IMG/VR virus record: IMGVR_UViG_3300027986_000009
Source: an uncultured virus (IMG/VR IMGVR_UViG_3300027986_000009)
Lineage: Duplodnaviria; Heunggongvirae; Uroviricota; Caudoviricetes
Strand: one strand, 5' to 3'
DNA length: 20,000 bases
Shown: positions 9,442-18,110 of the stretch, in pieces
Position numbering within the stretch: the stretch's first letter is position 1
How the letters are laid out: the number at the start of each line of letters is the position of its first letter
Notes under the pieces: generated by a model
Seen by the model: the letters and a program-made list of their open reading frames with translations, nothing else
What the model was told of the DNA's origin: nothing
Databases searched by the model: none
Position numbers and translations under genes: made by a program

Positions 9442-10706
9442 GCGCGCTCCAAAATCATCAAGCCGTTGTTGTTCCGATACCGATCCGTCTCCCGCCACTC
9501 CGGATGCTTGGCGAGAAACCGGTCGACCGCGCCGATGAGGCCCGGCTCGCTGCCGTCTTCGCCGCGCATCCCGAAGGTCTCGGTATCGTGCATGAGGATG
9601 TACTGACGAACTTTCGATGCGTGCATCTCGAGCTCCTGGCTTAGCTGCGCGCAAGTGTGGAGCGTGTCGATGAAGAGCAGATCGGTTGGCTGGATCGTGA
9701 TCTCGAGATCGTTCGCCTGGTAGAAGCGCAGGTTGACGTCGACTTCGTTTGCAATTTTCAATAGGTCATCGCCGAAGCTTCGATTTGGATCGGGCCTTGG
9801 ATCGTAACAACGCATGTTGTCAGGTCGAGCATGCGCAAGAGCCCAACTGCTACGACCCACACCGAACTCGGTCACGTGGTCACACTGCGCAGCGTAGGCG
9901 CGCAGCGTAGGCAGGTGCTCGTTGATGTCGCTCGGCGTGTCACGAAGCTGGATGTACTTGCGTTCGAGTGCGTCCAATTTGTCACCTCTTGCGATGGCTT
10001 CCGCGGAGCGCCGACACATGTAGCCGAGATAGGAATCCCACACGGCGCGCTCGCCGGCAGCGATAGCTGCGAGCTCGGGAACGTGACGGCTGCTGACGCT
10101 CTCGGCATGCCACACGCGGAGGTCATCGACGATGACGCCACGGCAGCCTAGATGCGTGAGGAACTGCCAGATCCAGTCGTCGCCATGGTAGATACGGAGC
10201 TCGGAGGGGATGGGGAAACACGACTCGACATCGACGCGATCGAGAGCGAAGAAGACGCCGGCTGAGTGGCCGGGACCGTATGGCGGCGGCGGCGCGCTTT
10301 CGGGTAGAGATGGTAAGACTGCGGAAAATTTACCTCGATACTGAATACCTCTGCCGAAATAGAACTCGCTCGCTCTCTTGACGGATTCGAATCTTGAGTA
10401 GAGAGCGTTTCCCCATTCAGGGGACACGACCGCATCCGCGTTCGCGATGACGAGAATTTCGGCATCGCTCTCCAGGAAGCGCGTCGCAAGCTGATTCCAC
10501 GCCGGATTGACGTAGACGTTCTCGGGGTTGCGGATGACTTCGATCTTGTCCGCGAACTCTTCGAGCACGGCCTTACACTCGACGCTCGATCCGTTGTCGA
10601 CGACGACGACGTCGACGAGAGGGTCGAGAAAGGAGGCGAGGGCATCGCGAAGGAGCTCGGCGCCTTCTCTGAAACAGGGGGTGCCGAGCATGATTCGCTT
10701 GCTCAC
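9438..10706 (-). CDS. GT2 glycosyltransferase fused to a class I SAM methyltransferase (Methyltransf_24-like) (422 aa)
   Basis: N-terminal VVVVDNGS, NPAWN, IANAD, YHGDDW; C-terminal DINEHLPTL, VTEFGVG, DLLFIDTLHT, YILMHDT. Confidence 0.85.
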   Translation of the reverse strand: MSKRIMLGTPCFREGAELLRDALASFLDPLVDVVVVDNGSSVECKAVLEEFADKIEVIRNPENVYVNPAWNQLATRFLESDAEILVIANADAVVSPEWGNALYSRFESVKRASEFYFGRGIQYRGKFSAVLPSLPESAPPPPYGPGHSAGVFFALDRVDVESCFPIPSELRIYHGDDWIWQFLTHLGCRGVIVDDLRVWHAESVSSRHVPELAAIAAGERAVWDSYLGYMCRRSAEAIARGDKLDALERKYIQLRDTPSDINEHLPTLRAYAAQCDHVTEFGVGRSSWALAHARPDNMRCYDPRPDPNRSFGDDLLKIANEVDVNLRFYQANDLEITIQPTDLLFIDTLHTCAQLSQELEMHASKVRQYILMHDTETFGMRGEDGSEPGLIGAVDRFLAKHPEWRETDRYRNNNGLMILERA

Positions 10707-10927
10707 GGGAGATTCCCCGGAAGCCTGAAGGTGAGGGCGCGCTCACGCAGTCGTCTCCCGTCGTCTGTAAACATGTAGTAGCCCTCTCCAAGGTTGTCGT
10801 GGCAACCGACGAGCCCGGCATCCTGAAGATCGATAGCGATGTCGATCGCACCTTCACCGATCGCGAAGATATCCTCCTCGGTGGCGCCCATACCGATGGC
10901 GTCGAGAACCTCTCTCATCATGCTCAT
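10703..10927 (-). CDS. Small hypothetical protein with a winged-helix-like C-terminus (~74 aa)
   Basis: ATGA/GTGA overlaps at both ends; DLQDAGLV...YYMFTDDGRRL resembles a wHTH wing. Confidence 0.55.
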   Translation of the reverse strand: MSMMREVLDAIGMGATEEDIFAIGEGAIDIAIDLQDAGLVGCHDNLGEGYYMFTDDGRRLRERALTFRLPGNLP

Positions 10928-12450
10928 CGGCAAGCCTCCTCCGCGCGCACAAGCTCCTCACCGAGCGAACACACTCCCGCTTCCACCGACTTACGCATGA
11001 TGGCGCACGCCCTCCGCGCTACCGCCTTGTCGCCCGCCTCGAGCGCATGCGCGATGAGGTTCCGAAGTGGTTGCTCCGGCCGCTCGCGCACCAAAGTGTA
11101 GTTCGTGACCATCTCGGCGTAGTCGCCGACGTACCAATCGAAGAGCTCCGGCCGGCGGTAATAGACGATGGGGAAGAGCTGCTCGTCGGCGTGGCCGTAG
11201 CCTTCGCCGAGGCAGTCGCAAAACGCTTGCTCGATCTCGAGGCAAAACTGCCGCATGGCGTGAACGCTTCCGGTGAAGAAACCGGAGCACATCGAGCAGC
11301 CAGCCGCGCAGTGTTGGCACCCTCCTTCGCCGAAATGTGCGTGCCAGTTCTGCGCTCTCCCCTTGCTGATGTAGTCGATCCAGCACGTCGAGAATCCGTC
11401 GCGGTCCTGAGCAAGAGCGTTCTGGAAGTGCACCAGGTTCTTCCATCCCATGCGCTCGATGCAGACGTTGACCCACGCGAAATGGCTGGAGTCGAAAGCG
11501 TTTGCGTCGATCGCCAGTCGCAACATCGCGTATCGCGCCATACAGAAGAGGTAGTAGCTGGCGGTGTTGCGCGGATCGCGCGAGCAAGCCCCCTGACCAC
11601 CTCGGTTCTCGATGATGCGCTGGCGAGCTCCCGAGAGCGGAAACGATTCGAAGTCGTATGGGATGACGAGCGTTCGGTTGCGCAGATGCTCTGGCCGCAG
11701 GCTCCATACCTTCTCCTCGAGCTCCGGATCGCAGAAGACGACGAGGTTGTTCGGCATCGCCAGCGTCGCGCGCCCGTGAACGTCGAGGTAATGCGAGGGC
11801 GGCCGAGAGCGCAGCTCGGGCGTCGCGTCCGTCTTGCCGGTGAGGTCGAAGTACCCGGTGACGAGGGTCCAGTTGTCGTTGCTCTTCGACTTGGGGAGCC
11901 TGGACGGATCGCGACAAACGATGCCGGTCCCTGACCAGTGCCCGCACTCGGTAACGTCGGCCTTGAACCGGTCGGGGATCTGGGACCAGCAGTTGTCGCG
12001 CATCGGCTTGAAGTACCAGATGTCGTCGAGGACGATGAGACCGTCGTATTTCTGATCGAGGAGCCAGCGGACGAGGGAGAGTTCGCGGGTACCCTCGTGG
12101 GGGTCGACGTCGATCAGGATGAGCGAGGAGCTGAGGAGTAGGTTTCGACACTCCTCACTCATCTGACCGTCGAAGAGATCGACGAGGCGATAGAAGACGT
12201 TGGTTGACGGTCGCTCGATCACCTTGCGAACGACATCGAAGGAGTGCGTTTCTCGGCCACCATAGGTGAGCGCCAACGCCGAATCGCCCAAGTGTGTCCC
12301 TATGTCGATGATGTGTCCCCCAACCTGAGTCGAAAGGTAGGCGAGCAACCAGTAGTGCTCATTTTTTGCCTGAAACACTGCAGGATCGCTCGCCATCGGA
12401 GCGAGCTCGGACAGATCGATAGCGTCGATCGCAGTACGAGAGAGAATCAT
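10924..12450 (-). CDS. Class I SAM methyltransferase (Methyltransf_24-like) fused to an HtrL/WlaTC-like glycosyltransferase domain (508 aa)
   Basis: IIDIGTHLGDSA, LILIDVDPH, IVLDDI; then WTLVTGYFDL, HFAWVN, GFFTG, HADEQL. Confidence 0.8.
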   Translation of the reverse strand: MILSRTAIDAIDLSELAPMASDPAVFQAKNEHYWLLAYLSTQVGGHIIDIGTHLGDSALALTYGGRETHSFDVVRKVIERPSTNVFYRLVDLFDGQMSEECRNLLLSSSLILIDVDPHEGTRELSLVRWLLDQKYDGLIVLDDIWYFKPMRDNCWSQIPDRFKADVTECGHWSGTGIVCRDPSRLPKSKSNDNWTLVTGYFDLTGKTDATPELRSRPPSHYLDVHGRATLAMPNNLVVFCDPELEEKVWSLRPEHLRNRTLVIPYDFESFPLSGARQRIIENRGGQGACSRDPRNTASYYLFCMARYAMLRLAIDANAFDSSHFAWVNVCIERMGWKNLVHFQNALAQDRDGFSTCWIDYISKGRAQNWHAHFGEGGCQHCAAGCSMCSGFFTGSVHAMRQFCLEIEQAFCDCLGEGYGHADEQLFPIVYYRRPELFDWYVGDYAEMVTNYTLVRERPEQPLRNLIAHALEAGDKAVARRACAIMRKSVEAGVCSLGEELVRAEEACR

Positions 12451-12459
12451 CGAAGCTCC

Positions 12460-12939
12460 TCAGAGGCAGACGTAATTTGGGATCCCACACACGTGCTGCA
12501 ACCCGGCCGTCGTGCAATCCATGCACTTCTGCCCGTTCTTACCGCACGCGGTGGTCATGTTGCCGGCGTAGCAGACGCCGCGATCGTCGAGGCAGCCGAG
12601 GCAGAAGGTGATGGCGTCGGTGGGGATGGCGGCGTCTACGGAGGCTTCAGGGGCTGCCGCTTCGACTACGGAGGCTTCGGCAGTGGAAGTTTCGGTATTT
12701 GCAGCGTCAGCGGTGGAAGCTTCGGAAGATGCGTCAGTAACGCCCCCCTCGACGGCAGCCTCGGGAGCATCGGCTTCGACTGCTGCCGCTTCCGGTTTCG
12801 TTTCAGCGCGCGCGCCTGCCTCCCTTGTCGGCTCCTGCTCCGCGGCGATCTGGGGGCCGCTATCGATCTGAGGGAGGTCTTCACCTTGGAGGGATAGACC
12901 GCAGCCTGTGAGAGCGAACGTGAACGCAATGAGTTTCAT
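12460..12939 (-). CDS. Lipoprotein with an acidic Ala-rich linker and a Cys-rich C-terminal domain (159 aa)
   Basis: Lipobox MKLIAFTFALTG-C; EA/DA-rich linker; 8 Cys in the last ~48 aa (ACGKNGQKCMDC). Confidence 0.75.
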   Translation of the reverse strand: MKLIAFTFALTGCGLSLQGEDLPQIDSGPQIAAEQEPTREAGARAETKPEAAAVEADAPEAAVEGGVTDASSEASTADAANTETSTAEASVVEAAAPEASVDAAIPTDAITFCLGCLDDRGVCYAGNMTTACGKNGQKCMDCTTAGLQHVCGIPNYVCL

Positions 12940-13370
12940 CTTTTTCCTGCATGCTTGAGGGCGAGAAAGAACGCAGCCAAAAGGCCCACGGTGACTCCGG
13001 CGGTAACAGCGACGAGCTTCCAGTCGGTGGTGGTGGGGTAGTCGCTGCTGTAGACGGCAGCGTTGGGGTCGGGTGCGTTGAGTGAATCGGTGATCACTGC
13101 GCGCGCGCTGGTGTCGCCCGCTGGCTCGTAAAGCGTGATCCCGGGAATACAGAGACCCGTTACGAGAGTGCCGTTACGGTAGGTCCAAGTATGGCGGTCG
13201 ACTCTCGCGATATAGCCCTTCCCGGCGTAGTCGAGGGAGAACGTCTGACCGAAGGCGTAGTGGCTCACTTGGTGGAGCAAATCGATCGCCCACTGCGTCA
13301 GCGGAGGCGGGACCGTGCTCCGCATGATGCGGTATCCGGGAGGCGGCGGCGGGTTTTCGGGGCAGGTCAT
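12936..13370 (-). CDS. C-terminally membrane-anchored hypothetical protein (144 aa)
   Basis: Start reassigned to ATG 13370 (ATGA overlap); C-terminal hydrophobic helix LVAVTAGVTVGLLAAFFLAL followed by KHAGKR. Confidence 0.7.
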   Translation of the reverse strand: MTCPENPPPPPGYRIMRSTVPPPLTQWAIDLLHQVSHYAFGQTFSLDYAGKGYIARVDRHTWTYRNGTLVTGLCIPGITLYEPAGDTSARAVITDSLNAPDPNAAVYSSDYPTTTDWKLVAVTAGVTVGLLAAFFLALKHAGKR

Positions 13371-13549
13371 TGCCCAACCCATTTGAAAGACACCTCGACA
13401 TCGAGGGCGCGCCATAGGTCGTCTAGCGCGTGATGACCTATACCCATGTGAGACGGGCGTAGCTCGTCGATGACAACCTCTCCGTCGACCGAAACTGTCC
13501 ACGGTCCTTCACCGTCACCGTTGCGATCTTCGAACATAACTTTTTTCAT
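13367..13549 (-). CDS. Hypothetical protein (60 aa)
   Basis: GAGAGAG upstream of the ATG; ATGA coupling to the downstream gene. Confidence 0.6.
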   Translation of the reverse strand: MKKVMFEDRNGDGEGPWTVSVDGEVVIDELRPSHMGIGHHALDDLWRALDVEVSFKWVGQ

Positions 13550-13590
13550 GACTCTCTCGACGTAGCGCTGATTGCCTCAGCCGTCAACGG

Positions 13591-13989
13591 CTACGGCATC
13601 TTCTCCAGCCGCTTGACCATCTCCTCGTGGACCACTCCCGCCCGGCGCATCGCCTCCTGTTGAGGAGAATATGCGACCTGTCCGGCATAGTCGATTGCGT
13701 TACGCCATAGAATTTCTAGTGTAGCCTCCAAATCGTTGCCGGCTTCACGATTTTGCGCTGCCATCGCGACAACATCCGGATCGGTCACAAAGAGGGCGTA
13801 AGCGAGCGCTTCGCGGAAGGTGCGATCGGACTCTTCGAGCGAGACTTCGATGACGGAGGCTGGTTCGTTCTTCTGACGCATCATCTCTTGGAAACTATGG
13901 CACCGCGTTCCTGCCGAGTGTAGATGATGGCACAAGGAGCATGGTCCCCCCATACTTCCGTGCGTGCATTCGCAGATTTGAGAATTCAT
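13591..13989 (-). CDS. Hypothetical protein with an N-terminal Cys/His cluster (132 aa)
   Basis: GAAAGG SD before the ATG; CECTH...CSLCHH..H....CH. Confidence 0.6.
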   Translation of the reverse strand: MNSQICECTHGSMGGPCSLCHHLHSAGTRCHSFQEMMRQKNEPASVIEVSLEESDRTFREALAYALFVTDPDVVAMAAQNREAGNDLEATLEILWRNAIDYAGQVAYSPQQEAMRRAGVVHEEMVKRLEKMP

Positions 13990-13998
13990 TTCAGCCTT

Positions 13999-14526
13999 TC
14001 AATGCCATAGATTCGGTGTGGCGAGCGTCATCGCATTGCAAGTGTTCCCCATCGGCCAGCTCCCCGCCCTCACGTGCCCGTCCGGATCCCAGCACGTACA
14101 CGTCGAGGTACCGGCGCCATTGCAAACACCGCCGTAGCCGTCGGTGAGCGTGCATCCGGATCCGCAAGCGGTTGCTGCATCTGGCGGATTACAGTCCTGC
14201 CAGGTGCGGCCGAATCCGTTGTCGTGCGTCACGAGGGCGCAAGCGTCGACATCCGAAACACCGATCCCGGAGTCGAGCGCGGTCCCCGGAGGCGCCCCTT
14301 GGTCAACCAGCCGCGCAGAGTCAGGCCAAGGCGCAGACGAATCCCGAAGGCCGTCCGGTGTTGCGTCGGAGGCTAGCAAGCGATCGTGCTCGACATCAGT
14401 ATCACTAGTCTGACGTTCATCGCCTGCGGCTTGGATTGCTTGTGCATCGTAGGGTTCCGTGAGGGCGACACCGAAAGGGGCGCCACCGCAGCCTGCGAGG
14501 AGAAAGAGAAGCGGGGTGGGTCTCAT
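13999..14526 (-). CDS. Lipoprotein with an Asp/Ala/Ser-rich linker and a Cys-rich C-terminal domain (~175 aa)
   Basis: From ATG 14526: MRPTPLLFLLAG-C lipobox; C-terminal THDNGFGRTWQDC...CTCW. Alternative start GTG 14562. Confidence 0.7.
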   Translation of the reverse strand: MRPTPLLFLLAGCGGAPFGVALTEPYDAQAIQAAGDERQTSDTDVEHDRLLASDATPDGLRDSSAPWPDSARLVDQGAPPGTALDSGIGVSDVDACALVTHDNGFGRTWQDCNPPDAATACGSGCTLTDGYGGVCNGAGTSTCTCWDPDGHVRAGSWPMGNTCNAMTLATPNLWH

Positions 14527-14571
14527 GGGAGATTGGACGGGATGGGGGCGGCGGTTATTCACTCGCGCGCA

Positions 14572-14757
14572 TCATTGCGCCTCGATAAGTGCCTTGCGGC
14601 CGGAGGCGGTGAGAGAGAAGGTGGCACTCCGCGTATCGATCCACCCCTTCGCCTTCACGCGCTCCCACGCCTCCGTGTGAGCCTTCGTCGGGAAGAAAGC
14701 GAACGCCGGCCATCCGGCTCGCGCACCTTCGAGTACCCACCGCTCTAGCTCGGTCAT
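14572..14757 (-). CDS. Small winged-helix-like hypothetical protein (61 aa)
   Basis: GGAG SD before ATG 14757; MTELERWVLE...VKAKGWI.....FSLTASGRKAL. Confidence 0.6.
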   Translation of the reverse strand: MTELERWVLEGARAGWPAFAFFPTKAHTEAWERVKAKGWIDTRSATFSLTASGRKALIEAQ

Positions 14758-14783
14758 CTTGTCTCCGGTTGCGCGCACGGGGT

Positions 14784-15050
14784 CTACTCCGTCTCCCGAG
14801 CCGCGTCGGGATACTGAGCGAGGTGGGCCCTCGCGAGACCAACCGTCACGATGCCTGCATCGCACTCGATTGCTGCCCGCACCACTTTCTCCGCGCTGGC
14901 GAGCCGGGCCTCAAGGTCGGCGACCGTCGCGAGTAGGCGCTTGATGACGTCGCGTGCGTTCTCTGGGTTTTGCAGGACGTACCACGCCCCCAGCACCCCG
15001 AGGGCGACCGTGCGCAATTGCTCCGCGTCGTACGGCTTGGGCTCGCTCAC
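14784..15050 (-). CDS. Hypothetical phage protein (88 aa, coiled-coil-like)
   Basis: GTG 15050 overlaps the upstream TGA; RLLATVADLEARL pattern is common in phage early-region proteins. Confidence 0.6.
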   Translation of the reverse strand: MSEPKPYDAEQLRTVALGVLGAWYVLQNPENARDVIKRLLATVADLEARLASAEKVVRAAIECDAGIVTVGLARAHLAQYPDAARETE

Positions 15051-15421
15051 GCGCCACCGTCCTTGCCGAGCGCTTTTCCGATGGGGCATCCAGGTAGATG
15101 CGCCTGTCCGCGTGCAGGCTCGTAAATCTGTCCGGGCGTATCCCAACACCAGAGGCAACCGGCCTCGGAGCACCCGTGCATGCCGGCATCAGCGACCATC
15201 TCCAGCGCCTCCCGCAGCCGCTTGCACTCGGCCCTGGCTTTCTCAAGCTCGAGTTCCGCACGCCACAGACGAGAGCCGCGCGGTGGATCTCCTGACTCGA
15301 AGCTGTCCAGCGCCTTCTCGAGCGCGTCGGCGGTTAGAAGCTCCAGGCATGGCGGCCTCGTGCAATGCGAGTGATTGTCACGCACCTTCGCAATGAGCTC
15401 TCTCGGGTCGGTCGCCATCAC
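15047..15421 (-). CDS. Hypothetical phage protein with Cys/His motifs (124 aa)
   Basis: GTGA overlaps at both ends; CLWC...HLPGCP motif and a coiled-coil segment. Confidence 0.65.
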   Translation of the reverse strand: MMATDPRELIAKVRDNHSHCTRPPCLELLTADALEKALDSFESGDPPRGSRLWRAELELEKARAECKRLREALEMVADAGMHGCSEAGCLWCWDTPGQIYEPARGQAHLPGCPIGKALGKDGGA

Positions 15422-16074
15422 TCGCCGCCCTTCTCGATGCGGAGCGCCCTTTCAAGGAAGTCCGTGTGGATGTTCCGTATCTCGCCACACAAGACGTGCA
15501 CCGCCGCATCCCGATACGCCTCAACTCTGCCCGCTCGGTGCGCCGCGTCGACGGCCTCCTTGACCGAGCCGACCTTGCGCCGGCAGCACTCGCACAGCTT
15601 CTCTTCCCCCTCGGCCTTCGCGGGCGCCCCTGACACTGCCGGCGTCTCAGCCCGATTGAGCGCGTCTGCGATGCGTTGCGCTACGTCTGCCGAGTCCAGG
15701 AGACCGCAGAGGGTCTCACCGTTGTAGAGCGTTCGTCCGAGCTTGCGCCCGACGCGCCACCGATTGAGCTCCTGCGCGACCTTCGCGGGCGCGCAGTGAT
15801 GCTCGAACCCTAGGCCGAGCCCCGGCTCCTTCGCCCGCATCGCATCCGCTTCGTAGGCAGCGTCCATTCCTGCCCGGAGCTTGCGTTGCTCCTCGTCCTG
15901 TAGAGCCTCGTGCGCCCGCACCTGCGCCTCGTCGAGCCGCATCGCATCCGCAATCTCCGCCCGGACCACGGCCCGCAGAGCCTCTAGAAACACCAGCGGG
16001 AGCTCTTGGCTCTCCGGTGCGCCCGCCAGCCGCAGCAACGCCTCGAACGCCTTGTCGCTCTTTTCGCCCATCAT
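15418..16074 (-). CDS. Hypothetical phage protein (218 aa)
   Basis: ATGA overlap with GGAG SD; WRVGRKLGRTLY...AQRIADALN segment typical of phage hypotheticals. Confidence 0.65.
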   Translation of the reverse strand: MMGEKSDKAFEALLRLAGAPESQELPLVFLEALRAVVRAEIADAMRLDEAQVRAHEALQDEEQRKLRAGMDAAYEADAMRAKEPGLGLGFEHHCAPAKVAQELNRWRVGRKLGRTLYNGETLCGLLDSADVAQRIADALNRAETPAVSGAPAKAEGEEKLCECCRRKVGSVKEAVDAAHRAGRVEAYRDAAVHVLCGEIRNIHTDFLERALRIEKGGE

Positions 16075-17678
16075 GCCACTCCAAAAAGTTGCTTCAAAAA
16101 ATAACTCTGTGGCTGCGCCATCGCCGCCTTCACCGATTCCTTCTCGAGAAAGCTCCGCAGATCATCGTCTCCGACGAGCTCCGAGACCGCATCCGGGATC
16201 TCGCTCGGGCTGTCCACGAACCGACACCCCGACTGAAAACGATCCCACCCTTCCCCTTTCTCGCTGACGACAGCCACGCCGCGAGCGATCAGCGGCAACG
16301 CCCTCACCGCTTCGAAGACGCCGCCTTCGGGACCGAAGTCATTGCCGCGGATGTTGAGCACGACCTTCGAGCGGGCGATGAGCTCTTCTCTTTTCACACC
16401 CCAGCATGCCTTTTCGTAGTGGACGCGCAACCCTTTCTGTTGGAGGGCGCCGAGAATTTCGCGGCGGCGTTGGGTGAGACCTCCGTAGAAAAGGACGTCG
16501 ATGTCTTTCGGAGTATCGATGAGAAGATCGGCAACCTCACCCTCTAGCCTCAAGGGCGCCAAGCCCTTGACGAACCCCAGCGGCAACGTCACCGCCGGCA
16601 ACCCAGCCGCCTTCAGGAGATGCGTCGTCACCTCCGCCCAGCTCCAGATCACGCTTGGCCGAAAGAGCTCGGCCTCCGACTTGATGAAGCGAATCCAATC
16701 AGGTGCGGGCTGCTCGCAGCAGAAAAAGATGCTGCCTTCTGGGATGTCGACGTCGGGTTGCGCGATGTGGGCGCCGAGGATGATATGGATCGGAGGTTCA
16801 CCTTTTGAACCCAGTGCAAGCGGCCCACTTGCGTTCCAGAACGTATTTTTTCGAGCGATCCACGCCTCGAAACCGATTTCTTTGAGTCCTTCGGCAAGCA
16901 TAGTCGTCACCGGCGCAAAGATATCAGCCACCTTGTCGTTGAACGCGACCGTCGTGATCACGAAACCTCGGCGCATCGCGGCGCGCCAGTTGCCTTCTAC
17001 GAGCGGACGCTGGCGTCGCTCGAGTTCCGAGAGCATCCACTCGGGCTCTTTGCAGAGTAAAGGCGGACCTTCGGGGAGGCGACGGCCGGCGGGGGCGCCT
17101 TCGAGCACGTATTGCGGACCCGAAAGTCGCACCTCATCGGGGTCAACCACGATCGCGTCAGCATGCAAGATCACGCATCCACACCCCAAATGTTTCACCT
17201 CACGAAAACGTCTGCCATTGACCTCGCGCGTTTTTTGCTCGCCGTCAAAAAGTTTCACGTCGTAGCTCAATCCCGCACACGCCAACTCATCCAAGCTCGC
17301 CCTTCGCTTGACGGCCTGGCGGACGCGCGCCCAATCAATCGCCTCGCTTGCCACCGGCACCATCAGACCGACAACATCGATCCTGTGTCGTACCCCATCC
17401 ACGAGCGCAAGCACATCCTCCACCCGAAAGTCCACGTTGCCGTCGATCCAGAGTACGGCATCGGGCTTCTTGTGAGGATGGCCGAGGTAGGCACCCAAAA
17501 GGGTCAGACCCGTCTTGGCCTCACGGCATTCGATGCCGTGCGTGCGCAGCATGAAAACGATTTCAGCGATGGCGCGCCCGAAGGAGGGCGGCGCGAGCTT
17601 CGAGGGGGTCCCGATGCAGATCGAAGAGATCGGGCGAGGGGGGAGGTATTCGGGGGTGGCGATTACGCTACCGGTCAC
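16071..17678 (-). CDS. Two-domain glycosyltransferase-like protein: degenerate GT-A-like N-terminus + GT-B (CgeB/Glyco_trans_1_2-like) C-terminus (535 aa)
   Basis: N-terminal ICIGTP, LWIDGNVDF, DVVG, IDWARV, LGCGCVIL; C-terminal DIDVLFYG..TQRR, REELIARSKVVLNI, FEAVRALPLIARGVAVVSE. GAGG SD before the GTG. Confidence 0.75.
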   Translation of the reverse strand: MTGSVIATPEYLPPRPISSICIGTPSKLAPPSFGRAIAEIVFMLRTHGIECREAKTGLTLLGAYLGHPHKKPDAVLWIDGNVDFRVEDVLALVDGVRHRIDVVGLMVPVASEAIDWARVRQAVKRRASLDELACAGLSYDVKLFDGEQKTREVNGRRFREVKHLGCGCVILHADAIVVDPDEVRLSGPQYVLEGAPAGRRLPEGPPLLCKEPEWMLSELERRQRPLVEGNWRAAMRRGFVITTVAFNDKVADIFAPVTTMLAEGLKEIGFEAWIARKNTFWNASGPLALGSKGEPPIHIILGAHIAQPDVDIPEGSIFFCCEQPAPDWIRFIKSEAELFRPSVIWSWAEVTTHLLKAAGLPAVTLPLGFVKGLAPLRLEGEVADLLIDTPKDIDVLFYGGLTQRRREILGALQQKGLRVHYEKACWGVKREELIARSKVVLNIRGNDFGPEGGVFEAVRALPLIARGVAVVSEKGEGWDRFQSGCRFVDSPSEIPDAVSELVGDDDLRSFLEKESVKAAMAQPQSYFLKQLFGVA

Positions 17679-17928
17679 GGGTCAACCTCGCAAGAATTTC
17701 TTTAGCTCTTGGACTCATCTTTTTCCTCAAGAGAGCCACTTTTCTTGTCCAAATACGGTAGGTTCCCTGATCGATACGGTTGGCACACACCTCTCGCATG
17801 ATCGGAGACTTGATTATGATTTCCGAGTTGTCGGGTAGCTCTATCTCGTAGCGAACTCGTTTCGGGGTAGGCAAAGGAAACCTGATCGCTGTGTCGGCGC
17901 TCTCCTGAGTAACTTTTTTACGTTTCAT
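17668..17928 (-). CDS. Basic hypothetical protein (86 aa), lower GC
   Basis: ATGA coupling with GAGG SD; Lys/Arg-rich. Confidence 0.55.
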   Translation of the reverse strand: MKRKKVTQESADTAIRFPLPTPKRVRYEIELPDNSEIIIKSPIMREVCANRIDQGTYRIWTRKVALLRKKMSPRAKEILARLTRDR

Positions 17929-18110
17929 TGAAACCTCGATCTCCTCTCGGCCCTTGCAGCCTCTTCAAGCTTCACCCACCAAGCGATCCGCCTCTTCTCG
18001 CACTTGGCGCAAAGAATATAGTGCCCATCCTCCGGATCCAAAGTGCAGACCATTGGATCGTCGATAGTGCCCGCGATCGGGCGCTTGCACCGATCGCAGG
18101 TGGCGCTCAC
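17925..18110 (-). CDS. Small zinc-finger-like protein (61 aa)
   Basis: CDRC...CAKC; overlap-coupled at both ends. Confidence 0.65.
   Translation of the reverse strand: MSATCDRCKRPIAGTIDDPMVCTLDPEDGHYILCAKCEKRRIAWWVKLEEAARAERRSRFQ

Noticed and set aside
9442..9654. N-terminal extension of the 1232-aa ORF
   Set aside because: Overlaps the upstream MTase domain in another frame; ATG 9441 has an SD and an ATGA overlap.
5956..12450. Host O-antigen/capsule locus, gtrABC serotype conversion or DNA-hypermodification cassette
   Set aside because: No flippase, polymerase, nucleotide-sugar synthesis, membrane GT or base-hydroxymethylase genes in the window, and the context is viral structural genes. 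Disfavoured but not strictly excluded.
13559..13587. Minus-strand promoter TTGACG-17-TACGTC overlapping a small AGCCGT/ACGGCT palindrome
   Set aside because: The -10 lacks the conserved final T and would leave almost no leader; too weak to call.
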